NCBI GenBank assembly: GCA_951406725.2
Contig: OX597819.1
Location: 310,001 to 374,000, forward strand
Length of the DNA: 64,000 bases
Direction of reading: 5' to 3'
Source: Octopus vulgaris
Lineage: Eukaryota
The position numbers and the translations under genes were made by a program. Positions within the stretch are counted from its first letter, which is position 1. The number at the start of each line of letters is the position of its first letter. The notes beneath the pieces were generated by a model that searched no databases, had not been told where the DNA came from, and saw nothing but the letters and a program-made list of their open reading frames with translations. This document shows, piece by piece, positions 37,722 to 49,325 of this stretch.

Positions 37722-38219
37722 AGGTCTCACTTGTCCTGCCGGGTCTTTTCGCGCACAGCATACTTCCAAAGGTCTGACTAGTGACCGAGACCTTTGGAAG
37801 TATGCTGTGCGTGGGAGGATCCGGCAGGTGGGTGAGACCATGACCTGTGGCCTCTGTCTGGGATGTAGCCAGTCCACTTATGCATACCTTTCCTTCTTGG
37901 GACACAAAACTCTACTTGTGAAGACCTGTTGAGGCAAGTGAAAACGAAATCGATCAAAATAAATGGAAATTGTAGTTGTGATACCAGTGCCAGTGGCACG
38001 TAAGAGAACCAAAGAGAACCATCCAAATGTAGCCGTTGCCAGCCTCGTCTGGCACCTGTGCCAGTGGCACGTAAAAAGCACCCACTACACTCACTCAGCT
38101 GAAGAAACACTGCCAGATCAGACTGGGCCTGATGCAGCCTCCTGGCTTCCCAGACCCCAGTTGAACCGTCCAACCCATGCCAGCAAGGAAAGCGGACGTT
38201 AAACAATGATGATGATGAT
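37722..38219 (+). mobile_element. RTE 3' fragment with a short inverted piece at its 5' end
   Basis: RTE C-terminus and 3'UTR ending (GAT)n; 37724-37775 is an approximate reverse complement of the adjacent RTE segment. Similar RTE 3' ends occur near 1-380, 2170-2430, 11390-11860, 24340-25040, 33990-34440, 45990-46705 and 48030-48240. Confidence 0.8.
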
Positions 38220-38499
38220 CTAAAAGTGAAGACGTTTTAATATTATTCTCTGTATCGCTGGGATCATTCTTTCATTTTGTACCTATTGCTCACTAAAATA
38301 AATTAAGCAGACTCCATAAATGTGAGGCCTTTTGCCTCACATCTATAGAAATGCATAATCACCAATATTCGAAGAAATTATTGATTAGAAGTTTGCTTCT
38401 CGACCATATGGTTCCGGGTTCAGTCCCACTGTGACACTTTATGCTTTCTACTTTAGCCCTGGGCCGACCAACGCCTTGTTAATGAAGGATGTGGTAGAC

Positions 38500-40300
38500 G
38501 GAAACTAAAAAAAGCCCTTCGCGCGCACGCACTTTTGCGTTTGTGCTTCTGCTTCACGACTGGTGTTGGTTTGTTTACGTTCTTAAAAGAAGTAGTGGGG
38601 TCGATACGTTCGATTAAAAACCTTCACTGCGGAACCCCAGCATAGCCGCAGACGAACGACTGATACAAATAAAAGTCTAGGTATCGACAAAATATAGTTC
38701 AGCAAAAAGGTAAATATTGGCACAGAGCCAGCAAGTTCGGTGGAGGGGCAAGTGAATTACTCCAATGCTCAACTGGTACTTATTTTATCAACAACCCCGA
38801 AGGGATGAAAGGCAAAATCGACCGCGGTGGAATTTGAATTCAGAGCGTTAAGACGGACGAAATGTCGCTTAACATTTTGTCCGGAGTGCTAACGATTCTG
38901 CTAGCTCGCCTCCTAATGTTTAGGTAAATATTGGTCTTTTAAACATAAAAACACGAAATGAGAGCAAGGGAGGTAACTAGTTGCCTGTGGAAACACGTGT
39001 TCGTTAATACATTTCATGCACCTGAGTTGATTGACATGTAAACAACAACCGGTGGAAGATAATGGCTGAGGAGGAGGATATCGATAACCAGGCATGTTTG
39101 TTTGTATCATACTAAATCTACTGAAGAACTAGTCTTACTAAAACAATTGTTAGTCAATAGAATATTTTAAAAATCGTCTAGAGAACTCATGTAGTTATTG
39201 ATATTGTGTCTCTAAATCACTACGAAATTCAATGTTTAATATTAATCTTAACGCACTTCAGTTTTTTTTAAACACTACACCTTACAGGTCCCCAGTAAAC
39301 GCATGTTATGCATGGGTATGCAGATGTGTGTGCTTATATATAATTCGTTGAAGTTGTTCAAGTCGAAGTGCAAATGTGTAATAACACTTTCTCTCGTTTC
39401 TTATATATGTGAGGAGAGAGAATAATGTTGTTCTGCGTCATTAAAAAAGAAATTTATTTCTTAATTAGCTATAGCATATTGTTTAAATACCTTTATTATA
39501 TTATTAGGAGACAGAATAGTTTAGGCAAAATTTAATAATAATCCACTGTAGAAAGTTATTTCTTCGTTCAACGTTTGTTTTAAATTTACATAATAATCAG
39601 CTGAGACAAACTCCCTTTGTTCTTCATTTCATGTGTTCTAGTTTTTTGTATCTACACTTGTTTTACTGGACAATCTCTATGTTTCGCTGAACCTGTGAGA
39701 AACAGTCAAATCTCCCTCAAATCAAATCCTACCAGTTTAAATAAAAGGAGACATTAAATAATGTCAAACCTTGCCTGACGAAAAGATAGGAAGGTCACAA
39801 GGAGAACTAGAGCTGAACTGTGGGCTAAACAACAGCAACCACTAAATACGCTTCTATAATTGTAAAAAATAGGAATGCATCTTAGAATTAAATTATTAAT
39901 CTTACATAAATTACATTTCTTTGTTATTTGAACGTGAACTTCTCGAGCTTTACGTTCACTTATAAAAAATAAAGATCGCTCCAATTTAGTATAGAACCCT
40001 ACTTAACCGTAGAAAGTTAACACTCGTTTGTTTCATGCAATACAAAATAGGAGTTCCCTTGAAATGATTTAAAAAATGTAGTATGCCTTGTAATGATCTA
40101 TGTCATTGAACTACGCTCGTGTTAAGTCACTATATCGATCTCAGTATTCATTGCAAACATTTATTTCATCGATGCCTGTTTCTAAGTTAGGCTGGGAACA
40201 ACATAACCCAGAGTTTTACACTGTGTAAACATAAACATGCGCGCGCGAACACACACATTGGAAAAATTTTTCGGGTGTGTATGAGAGAGATATAGTTAAA
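38500..40300. promoter_or_regulatory. CpG-retaining promoter-like region
   Basis: Visibly more CpG than the CpG-depleted flanks, even inside old SINE copies (gcgcgcacgc, accgcggtgg, gcgcgcgcgaac); contains the candidate ATG exon. Confidence 0.45.
39062..39091 (+). CDS. Candidate short first coding exon (MAEEEDIDNQ), possibly of the PEX14-like gene
   Basis: gataATGG context inside a CpG-retaining non-repeat segment, followed by CAG|gcatgt (a GC donor) or a GT 4 nt later. No homology support. Confidence 0.35.
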
Positions 40301-40977
40301 TGCAGGCTATATACTTAAGGTTGACTACATTTTTAATCAATTAAAGAAATTAAAATATATTTTCTTTTCACAAAATTATGATAACCTGCTTTTAACTATG
40401 TCTCTTTCATACTGAAGGCACCCTTGGCAGTTATTTTTTCCATAGAATCCGTTGGCAACAATGACTATGTTAAGGAGGTTTAATAAGACCAAAACATCTA
40501 GAGCTTTGTGACAATAGTTACCACCACCTAGTATATATTTTCCACATAATTCCTTTCGGAATATTATCTTCATTTAGTTCCTGATAATTTGACGGTTTGA
40601 GAGTTATCACCCTTGACTCTTTTGAAATTAATCTTCACTAACGCTAGACGTTTCTCATTGCAGTTATACTTTCATTCGATTAAGAATTATTTTCAGTTTA
40701 ACACGTAAAGAATTGTAGCGTGCATTTAACTACATAGGACACACATACATATTTATTAATTATAAAATATGACGACATCTCTGACAGCTGTTTTGATTCA
40801 ATATTTTATAATTAATAAATAATATTTTATTAATTACCTTTCCATTTCTCCTTATTCACTAAATATATGAACCATGGTTCATATGGTTACCTTATGTTGA
40901 ACTCTCTATGGATTGGTAACTAACCAGTATTTTCTGTGGATTTTATAACCTTTACTTGAATGTATATATGCATATGT

Positions 40978-43900
40978 ATCATCATCATCATTTAGCGTCC
41001 GTTTTCCATGCTAGCATGGGTTGGACGGTTCTGCTGGGGTCTGTGAAGCCTGAAGGCTTCATCAGGCCCAGTCAAATCTGGCAGTGTTTCTACGGCTGGA
41101 TGCCCTTCCTAACGCCAACCACTCCGTGAGTGTAGTGGGTGCTTTTTACGTGCCACCCGCACTGGTGCCAGCCAGAGCTGGCAAACGGCCACGAACGGAT
41201 GGTGTTTTTTATGTGCCACCGGCACGAGGGCCAGGCGAGGCTGGCAACGAACACGAAACGGGGCGGTGCTGGCAACGGTCGCGAAACGGAAGGTTCTCTT
41301 ACATGCCACCGGCACTGGTAACACATCTGCAATTTCCATTGATCGATTTCCATTGATCGATTTCGATTCTGATCCTCACTTGCCTCAATGGGTCTTCACA
41401 AGCAGAGTTTCGACATGCCACCGGCACTGGTAGCACATCCGCAATTTCCATTGATCGATTTCGATTCTGATCCTCACTTGCCTCAACACGTCTTCACAAG
41501 TAGAGTTTTGTGTCCCAAGAAGGGAAGGTATGCATACGTAGGCTGGCTCCATCCCATGTAGAAGGCCACGGGTTGTGGACTCACTTGTCCTGCCGGGTCT
41601 TCTCGCGCACAGCACACTTCCAGAGGTCTCGGTCTCTAGTCATTTCCTCGGTGAGACCTAAAGTTCGAAGGTCGTGCTTCACCACCTCGTCCCAGGTTTT
41701 CCTGGGTCTGCCTCTTCCACAGGTTCCCTCAACCGCTAGGGTGTGGCACTTTTTCACACAACTATCTTCATCCATTCTCGCCACATGACCATACCAGCGC
41801 AAACGTCTCTCTTGCACACCACAACTGATGCTTCTTAGGTCCAGCTTTTCTCTCAAGGTACTTACACTCTGCCGAGTGTGAGTACTGGCATTACACATCC
41901 ATCGGAGCATACTGGCTTCATTTCTAGCGAGCTTACGCATATCCTCAGCAGTCACGGCCCATGTTTCACTGCCATGTAGCATGGCTGTTCGTACACACGC
42001 ATCATACAGTCTGCCTTTCACTCTGTGCGAGAGGCCTTTTGTCACCAGCAGAGGTAAGAGCTCTCTGAACTTTGCCCAAGCTATTCTTACTCTAGCAGTT
42101 ACACTTTCAGCACACCCGCCCCCGCTGCTGACTTGGTCACCTAGGTAACGGAAACTATCAACTATTTCTAGTTTTTCTCCCTGGAAAGTGACAGAAGTTG
42201 GTCTCAGAGCATTTTCAGTGTTTATTGTTCCTGAGCATCTGCCACATACAAAAACCATCTTCCTAGTTAGCCTTCCTTTGACATTGCTGCATCTCTTATG
42301 TGTCCATAGCTTACACTTGGTGCATCTTATAGAGTTTCTACCTACACCTTTTCTACAGATCGAGCAGGGCCATCTACCTGAAGGTGTTTGTGATTTGTCT
42401 ACCTTCCTACTGATTACGACTTTGGTTTTAGCTAGATTGACTCTGAGGCCCTTCGATTCTAATCCTTGTTTCCACACCTGAAACTTCTCCTCCAGTTCTG
42501 ATAGCGACTCAGCAATTAGAGCAAGGTCATCAGCATAGAGGAGCTCCCAAGGGCATCCTGTCTTGAATTCCTCCGTTATTGCCTGGAGGACTATGATAAA
42601 TAGGAGGGGGCTGAGTACTGAGCCTTGGTGGACCCCTACCTCTACCCGGAATTCTTCACTGTACTCATTTCCAACCCTCACCCTACTAGCGGCGTCCCTA
42701 TACATGGCCCGCACAGCTCTCACTAACCATTCATCTATCCCTAGTTTTCTCATTGCCCACCAGATAAGGGATCGGGGGACCCTGTCGAAGGCTTTCTCCA
42801 TGTCAACAAAAGCCAGGTACAGGGGCTTATCTTTGGCTAGGTATTTCTCCTGCAGCTGCCTTACCAGGAATATAGCATCAGTAGTACTTTTCCCTGGCAC
42901 AAACCCAAACTGCATCTCATCTAAACTAACTCTCTCTCTAATTAGTTGGGCTATGACCCTCTCCGTAACCTTCATCACCTGGTCCAACAGCTTGATACCT
43001 CTGTAGTTGTTTGTATCTAGGGCATCACCTTTACCTTTGTAGCAGTTGACTATTATACTGCTACACCAGTCATTGGGTATGACCCCTTTGTGTATCACCT
43101 GATTAACTATATGGGTGACTAGGCTATAGCCGACACTACCAGACATTTTGAGCATCTCTGCAGTGATTCCTGATGGGCCTGGGGCTTTCCCTGTCTTCAT
43201 GCTTCTAATTGCCTTAGCTACCACAGAACTATCAACTCGGATAGCTGGTCCCTCTGTTGGGTCAACATTCGGCAGACTCTCTTTATCCCATTCATTTTCT
43301 TCATTCAGCAACCTTTCATAGTGGCATCTCCAAACCTCTCTCTTTGCATCCTCATTTAGCGCAAGTGAACCATCTTCCATGCGAACACACTTCTCTCCTA
43401 CCACATCACGATTCTCTCTCACACACTGTCTTGCAACACGAAACACCTCCAGTCTTTGGTCCTCACGGCGCAGAACATTGGCAAATTTTTTCTTATCTGC
43501 TTCCCCTCTGGCTAAATAAACCTGTCTCCTAGCTTCTCTTTTGGCAGTCTGATACAATTCCCTGCTACCCCCATTTTTCCAGACCTTCCAAGCCTGTCTC
43601 TTTTCTCTAATAGCCCTGTCTACAATATTGTTCCACCACCACGTTATTCTAGGTCGAGAGGGGACTTTGCACCAGCCACAGATCTGGTCAGTGGCTCTCA
43701 GCAGGTTGTCCCTTAGAAACGTCCAGCTGTCTTCTACCCCCTGTGATGCTCTATCCCCTTCTACTTCGTCAGAGGCTTCAAGTAATATGTCCCTAAATCT
43801 CTGTCCATTTGCAGGATCTTTAAGCTTCCAGATCCTTCTTCTCCATATTTGTCGTCTTCTGGTTGTCCTCCTAGTCCTGATCCTAAAGTCACTAACTACC

Positions 43901-44380
43901 AGTCTATGTTGTGGGGTACATTCTTCACCTGGGAAGGTTTTGGCATTTATAAGCAGCCATCTCTCCCTTTGCCTTGTAAGGATGTAGTCAATTTGGCTGG
44001 TATGTTGGCCCGATTGGTAAGTGACTAGGTGGCTGGTAGGTTTCCTGAAGTTAGTGTTGCAAATCATAAGATTATTTGCATCGCAGAACTCCAGCAGCCT
44101 GGTTCCCTCCTCGTTGCGGGAGCCATAGCCGTAGCCTCCATGTACGCCATGGAAGCCCCCAGCATGTCGTCCAACGTGACCATTGAAGTCACCAGCCACA
44201 AAGATAAGGTCTCTGTCGTTCGTCAATGAGGTAGTCTGCAGTAGAGTGTCATAGAATCGGTCTTTCTGTCCATCGGGTAGCCCCGACTGAGGAGCATAGG
44301 CTGATATAATGGTTGCTAAACTATGATGAAGCACTAATCTAATCTTAAGTATTCTGTCACTTACTCTGATTACCTCAATT

Positions 44381-44385
<5 letters not shown>
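40978..44385 (-). mobile_element. Young 5'-truncated RTE-clade LINE
   Basis: Open 917-aa APE+RT frame (GDFNGHVG, QFGF, YADD), RGRPRKTW C-terminus, long 3'UTR with (GAT)n tail at ~40978; the 5' end abuts a (TA)n tract. Confidence 0.95.
41581..44334 (-). CDS. RTE ORF: partial AP endonuclease, reverse transcriptase, PHD-like Cys/His finger
   Basis: ORF track 917 aa with no stops; SQIDYIL endonuclease motif, LAFVDMEKAFDRV, GVHQGSVLSPLLF, LLYADD. Confidence 0.93.
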   Translation of the reverse strand: MLHHSLATIISAYAPQSGLPDGQKDRFYDTLLQTTSLTNDRDLIFVAGDFNGHVGRHAGGFHGVHGGYGYGSRNEEGTRLLEFCDANNLMICNTNFRKPTSHLVTYQSGQHTSQIDYILTRQRERWLLINAKTFPGEECTPQHRLVVSDFRIRTRRTTRRRQIWRRRIWKLKDPANGQRFRDILLEASDEVEGDRASQGVEDSWTFLRDNLLRATDQICGWCKVPSRPRITWWWNNIVDRAIREKRQAWKVWKNGGSRELYQTAKREARRQVYLARGEADKKKFANVLRREDQRLEVFRVARQCVRENRDVVGEKCVRMEDGSLALNEDAKREVWRCHYERLLNEENEWDKESLPNVDPTEGPAIRVDSSVVAKAIRSMKTGKAPGPSGITAEMLKMSGSVGYSLVTHIVNQVIHKGVIPNDWCSSIIVNCYKGKGDALDTNNYRGIKLLDQVMKVTERVIAQLIRERVSLDEMQFGFVPGKSTTDAIFLVRQLQEKYLAKDKPLYLAFVDMEKAFDRVPRSLIWWAMRKLGIDEWLVRAVRAMYRDAASRVRVGNEYSEEFRVEVGVHQGSVLSPLLFIIVLQAITEEFKTGCPWELLYADDLALIAESLSELEEKFQVWKQGLESKGLRVNLAKTKVVISRKVDKSQTPSGRWPCSICRKGVGRNSIRCTKCKLWTHKRCSNVKGRLTRKMVFVCGRCSGTINTENALRPTSVTFQGEKLEIVDSFRYLGDQVSSGGGCAESVTARVRIAWAKFRELLPLLVTKGLSHRVKGRLYDACVRTAMLHGSETWAVTAEDMRKLARNEASMLRWMCNASTHTRQSVSTLREKLDLRSISCGVQERRLRWYGHVARMDEDSCVKKCHTLAVEGTCGRGRPRKTWDEVVKHDLRTLGLTEEMTRDRDLWKCAVREKTRQDK

Positions 44386-44437
<52 letters not shown>

Positions 44438-44997
44438 CAAATATTACAGTGTTATAGATCTATCAAAGCCAATCTTACCAAGTAGTTTGCACTGGATACT
44501 AGATAACACCATAGTTAAGTAATACCATGTACTCGTGTATATGCATATGTATGTATGTGTCTACCAACATGGAAAATGGATCTAAATAGTGATGATAATA
44601 TACTAATCCTTTTAATGTCCATTTCTCCATGCTTGCTCTCATAAGTCAGATTGAATTCTTTGAGGTAGATTTTCTATGGCTGGATGCCATTCCTATTGCC
44701 AACCCTCACCTGTTTCCAAGTAAGGTAATATTGACATGTTTTCAAAGAAGATTGGAAACAAATAACACTGCTTGTATGCTGGTGACACTTGTTTACAACT
44801 ATCACATGATGTCAAGACAAAGAGACATAAACACATGTACACACCTGTACATGCACACACACATGACGAGCTTCTTTCACTTCACTTACCATCTTTCAAA
44901 TCCTCTTAAGGTTTTGTGGTGGCTTTATGCTATAGGTGCCATGTGTGTGTATACATGTTTATATGTGTGTGTGTGTGTGTGTATATATACATGTTTA

Positions 44998-45029
<32 letters not shown>

Positions 45030-48000
45030 CATATTTATGTGTTTGTGTGCGCGCATGCATATACATAAATATCATTTGTACCCGCTTTCCATGCTGGCAT
45101 GGATTGGATGGGCTCTCACGATCTAAGTCAGTTCTTGTTTGTATTACTGCCTTCTTCAGTGTGGCTAGAGAACCACACCTCTTTCATTATTTTCACTTGT
45201 CATTGTTTCTAAAGCTCAATACCATTCCTAATGTTAAGAATTTTACAGTGTGTACTTGGGCATATTGTTGTAGCACCAACACTGGTGAGGCTATGTTCTT
45301 GAATTTTATGTGTTTCTGCAGAGAATGGACTGGTGAGAGAGAGAGAGAGAGAGAGAAAGTAATGACTGGTAATGAGAATATGTAAAGAGAGACAGAGAGA
45401 GAGAAAGATAGATAATAGTAGCATAGGGAAATAGCTTCTGCATAACTTCTGTATATCAAATTTCACTCACAAAGTGTTGGTCAATCTGAGACTATAGAAT
45501 ATGCTGGGCTCATTTTTTTATGCTACTAGGATTGGAGTGGTTGTCGTGTCCCTGCCAAGATGTCACAGTTTGTTCATCCGCCACTTTACTAAATGCATCA
45601 GTTGTACTTTATTGTGATGCCAGTGCTTGTGAGGTTGTCTTGTCCCAAGATCCTCACTACTCTAATCCAGTAGCATTCAGATTACTCTGGCAAATGTAAT
45701 GCTTATTTATTTAAATTGTTTTGAATTAATTATGCATTATCTTGTAGCTTCGAGATTTCCATGATGTGATTTGCTTTTGGGATGACATTGTATGAAAGGT
45801 GTGAGAGACTGGATATGGCTGGTTTGAACATAGAACAGGTATAATATTTCGGTTAGACACAGCCAGTTTAAATGACAGAGTGCTAAGATGTCTCTGTTTA
45901 TTTTGGATAATATGAGGGGATGATTGCAGAGAATAGACTGGTGTGAGAGGGAGAGGAGGGTATTGGAAGAAGAGGGAGAGAGAAAATAATGAATCATCAT
46001 CATCATCATCGTTTAATGTCCGCTTTCCATGCTAGCATGGGTTGGACGATTTGACTGAGGTCTGGCGAACCAGATGGCTGCACCAGGCTCCAGTCTGATC
46101 TAGCAGAATGTCTACAGCTGGATGCCCTCCTAACACCAACCACTCTGAGAGTATAGTGGGTGCTTTTACGTGCTGCCAGCATGAAGGCCAGTCAGGCAGT
46201 ACTGGCAACAGCCACACTCAAATGGTGTTTTTTACATGCTGCCTGCACAGGAGCCAGTCCAGCAGCACTGACAACGACCTCACTCTAATGTTTTTCACAT
46301 GCCACCAACACAAGTGCCAGTAAGGCGACGCTGGTAACGATCATGCTTGAATGGTGCTTTTTATGTGCCACCGGGACACGAAAGCCAGTTAGCTGCTCTG
46401 GCAACGATCACACTCAGATGGTGCTCTTAGAGCTCCACTAGCATGGATGCCCCAGTCATCGAATTTGATTTCAATTTCAATTTCACTTGCCTCGACAGGT
46501 CTTCGCAAGTAGAGTTTAGTGTCCAATGAAGGAAAAGTACACATAAGTGGGCTGGTTACACTCCTGGCATAGGCCACGAGGTTATGGTCTCATTTGGCTT
46601 GCCGGGTCTTCTCAAGCACAGCATATTGCCAAAGGTCTCAGTCACTAGTCATTGCCTCGGTGAGGCCTAATGTTCGAAGGTTGTGTTTCACCACTTCATC
46701 CCAGGTGGTAATGAGAATATGTAAAGAGAGAGAGAGAGAGCTAGATAATAGTAGCATAGGGAAGTGGCTTCTGCATAGTTTCTGTCTATCAAATTTCACT
46801 CACAAAGTGTTGGTCAACCTGAGGCTATAGAAGACATTTACCTAAGTTGCTGGATAGAGAAATTGAAACTAAAGTAAACTTAAAACTTTGCAGAGTATAA
46901 ATGAAGTTCATTTAATATATCTTTGTGATGCTCTATCAAACTTCAATTGGGTCTGTTTATCTTATCTAGACAGCTAAAAATAATATCAGCAAATATTTTA
47001 CCATAGCCATCCTCATTTGCCCAGGTTTTGTGTCTAAGTAACGAATTATTTTCTCATAAGATGATTCAGAAAAAAATTTAAAAACTAATCAAGGAAAATT
47101 ATACTCCACTTCCAGTGATATGTGCTAATTGGTAATGCAATCTTGTCTAATGTTAATTTAGCCTGGAAGACAATATTTGAAACAAAATCTTTTTTTATCT
47201 ATACAAACATGCTATGTTATTTGAGTTTCTGAATGTTACAAAATAACATGTCCTGTGCTTGATTATATAAACATGTTTAGAATTTCTAAACATTTGTGGA
47301 CATAATAAATAAATACACTGGTTGGTGTAGGTGTGGCTGTGTGGTAAAAAGTTTGTTTCTCAACCACATAGTTCTGAGTTCAGTCCCACTGCATAGCACC
47401 TTGGGCAAGTGTCTTCTGCTTTAAGTCCCTGGCTGACCAATGGTTTGTGAGTGGATTTGGTTGACAGGAACTAAAAGAGCCTCATGTGTGTGTGTGTTGA
47501 CATCAAATGGTAGTTGTAAACGAGTGTCATCATGAAAATATGTTTGCTCATGGGGAAAGATTATCTTGGAGACAGGTGAGGGTTGGCATCAAAAAGAACA
47601 TTTGGTTAAAAAAACTCTGCCCTACATTGCAGCTTTGGCCAACTTGTATAATTCTTACATGTAGAGTACTCAGGATCACAACATCTGATTTTTCCTGAAA
47701 CACTATAATGATGGGATTATGATTGAAAATATGAAATAAAGAAAGGTTTCCAATCAAGTAAATTGGAAGATGGTTTGTTTTTTGCAATATACTCTAGGAA
47801 ACCAGTGATTGGAGGAAGTGTGCACAATATTAGATGTGCCAGTTGAGGAATTTGGAATATTATACACATTTGCTGAGAGCTGAAGTGTTTCGATTGTTCA
47901 AAGAACAAATCAAATCTTGTTGTGCTTTTTATAATCTTCAAGATACTAAATTTCTAGAGAAGGTCACCTGAAACCAGGAGTTTTTGTCATGTCTAGTGAT

Positions 48001-48886
48001 TAAGATCTTTTTTATTGTTAGTTGTGGCTGATGCTGATGTCATGTCACTGGCACCTGTGCCAGTGACAGGTAAAAAGGACCCATTGCACACTTGGAGTGT
48101 TTGGTATTAGGAAGGACGTCCAGCCGTATATATTATGCCAAATCAGATTGGAACCTGATGCAGCTCTCCAGCTTACCAGTTTCAGTCAAACCATCTAACC
48201 CATACCAGCATGGAAAGTAGATGCTAAATGATGACGATGATGTGGCATACAAAATCTTGTGCTGCTATATATTGATATTTCATAAACACCTTCCTACTAC
48301 CTTCATTACGAATGGACTTAATTTAAAATTTCTCAGTAAATTGAGCAAAACTAAATGTTAGTTAAGAGATAGTTGCTTAAAATTTTTTATGCTGGGCATT
48401 TTAATACCAATTTAAAGTTAATTTACTTTAATTTCATTATTGATACAGGAAACATCATATCTGTTAATGTATGGTATAATTTGATTGATTAAAACATAGA
48501 TTTTTTTCATTTTACTAAAAGATGTGATGACATTTGGAAACTTTCATATTAATTATTGGTTTCAAATTTTGGTACAAAGCCAGCAAATTTGAGAGAGGGA
48601 GTAACTCAATTACATCAATCCAATGCTCAACTGGTACTTATTTTATCGACTTCAAAAGGATGAATGACAAAGCGATCTCTGCAGAATTTGAATTTAGAAT
48701 GTAAAGACAGACAAAATGACACCAAGCATATTGATTCTGCCAGCCTCTCTCTGCCTTAGCTTACATATTAATTATTGGAGCAGGCGTTGATTGAACAGAC
48801 TTATCATCAAAAGCAGTTGTACCATGGCCTTTCCATCTGTTTGTATATCTGGGACATTGTCCATGTGTTCTTCCTCTGTTATATCC

Positions 48887-49325
48887 ATTATTTACAATGG
48901 ATGGATTGTTGTCCTCACAGCATTTCAGCTTCATCAGGTGTTCTCATGGAATTTCAAACCCAACCCTTTACTTGACTAATGGGGTACACTGTTCTCATTC
49001 TTAAGGTATGGTTGCTGATGTTATTTTCCTTTTGATATTATTTTTCATGTCCCTGCCTAGGATCGAACTTAGAATCTGAGGGTTAGTAGCCCATGCTCTT
49101 ATCCACTACACTATATGCCCACAGGCAGGGACTTGAAAAATAATATCAACAGAAAAATAACACCAGCAACATACCTTAGGAATGAGAACAGTGTACCCCA
49201 TTAGTCAAATAAAGGGTTGGGTTTGAAATTCCATCAGAACACTAGATGAAGGTTGGAAAGTACATCAGCCGAAACGTGATAACAACAAACAAGGTGAGGA
49301 CACCTATCCACCCATTGTAAATAAT
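48887..49325. repeat. Foldback of two head-to-head copies of the tRNA-head/hammerhead family sharing one tRNA-like centre
   Basis: 48887-49058 is inverted relative to 49123-49325; the centre has A/B-box-like motifs on the minus strand; related to 19046-19306. Confidence 0.8.

Larger units (their letters stand above)
37408..39850. repeat. 148-bp inverted repeat pair (37408-37555 and 39703-39850)
   Basis: Aligned by eye: 6 mismatches, no indels. Confidence 0.9.

Noticed and set aside
44629-45466. ORFs of 85-165 aa rich in C/V/Y/H/T
   Set aside because: Translations of (TG)/(TA)/(GA) microsatellites and SINE fragments.
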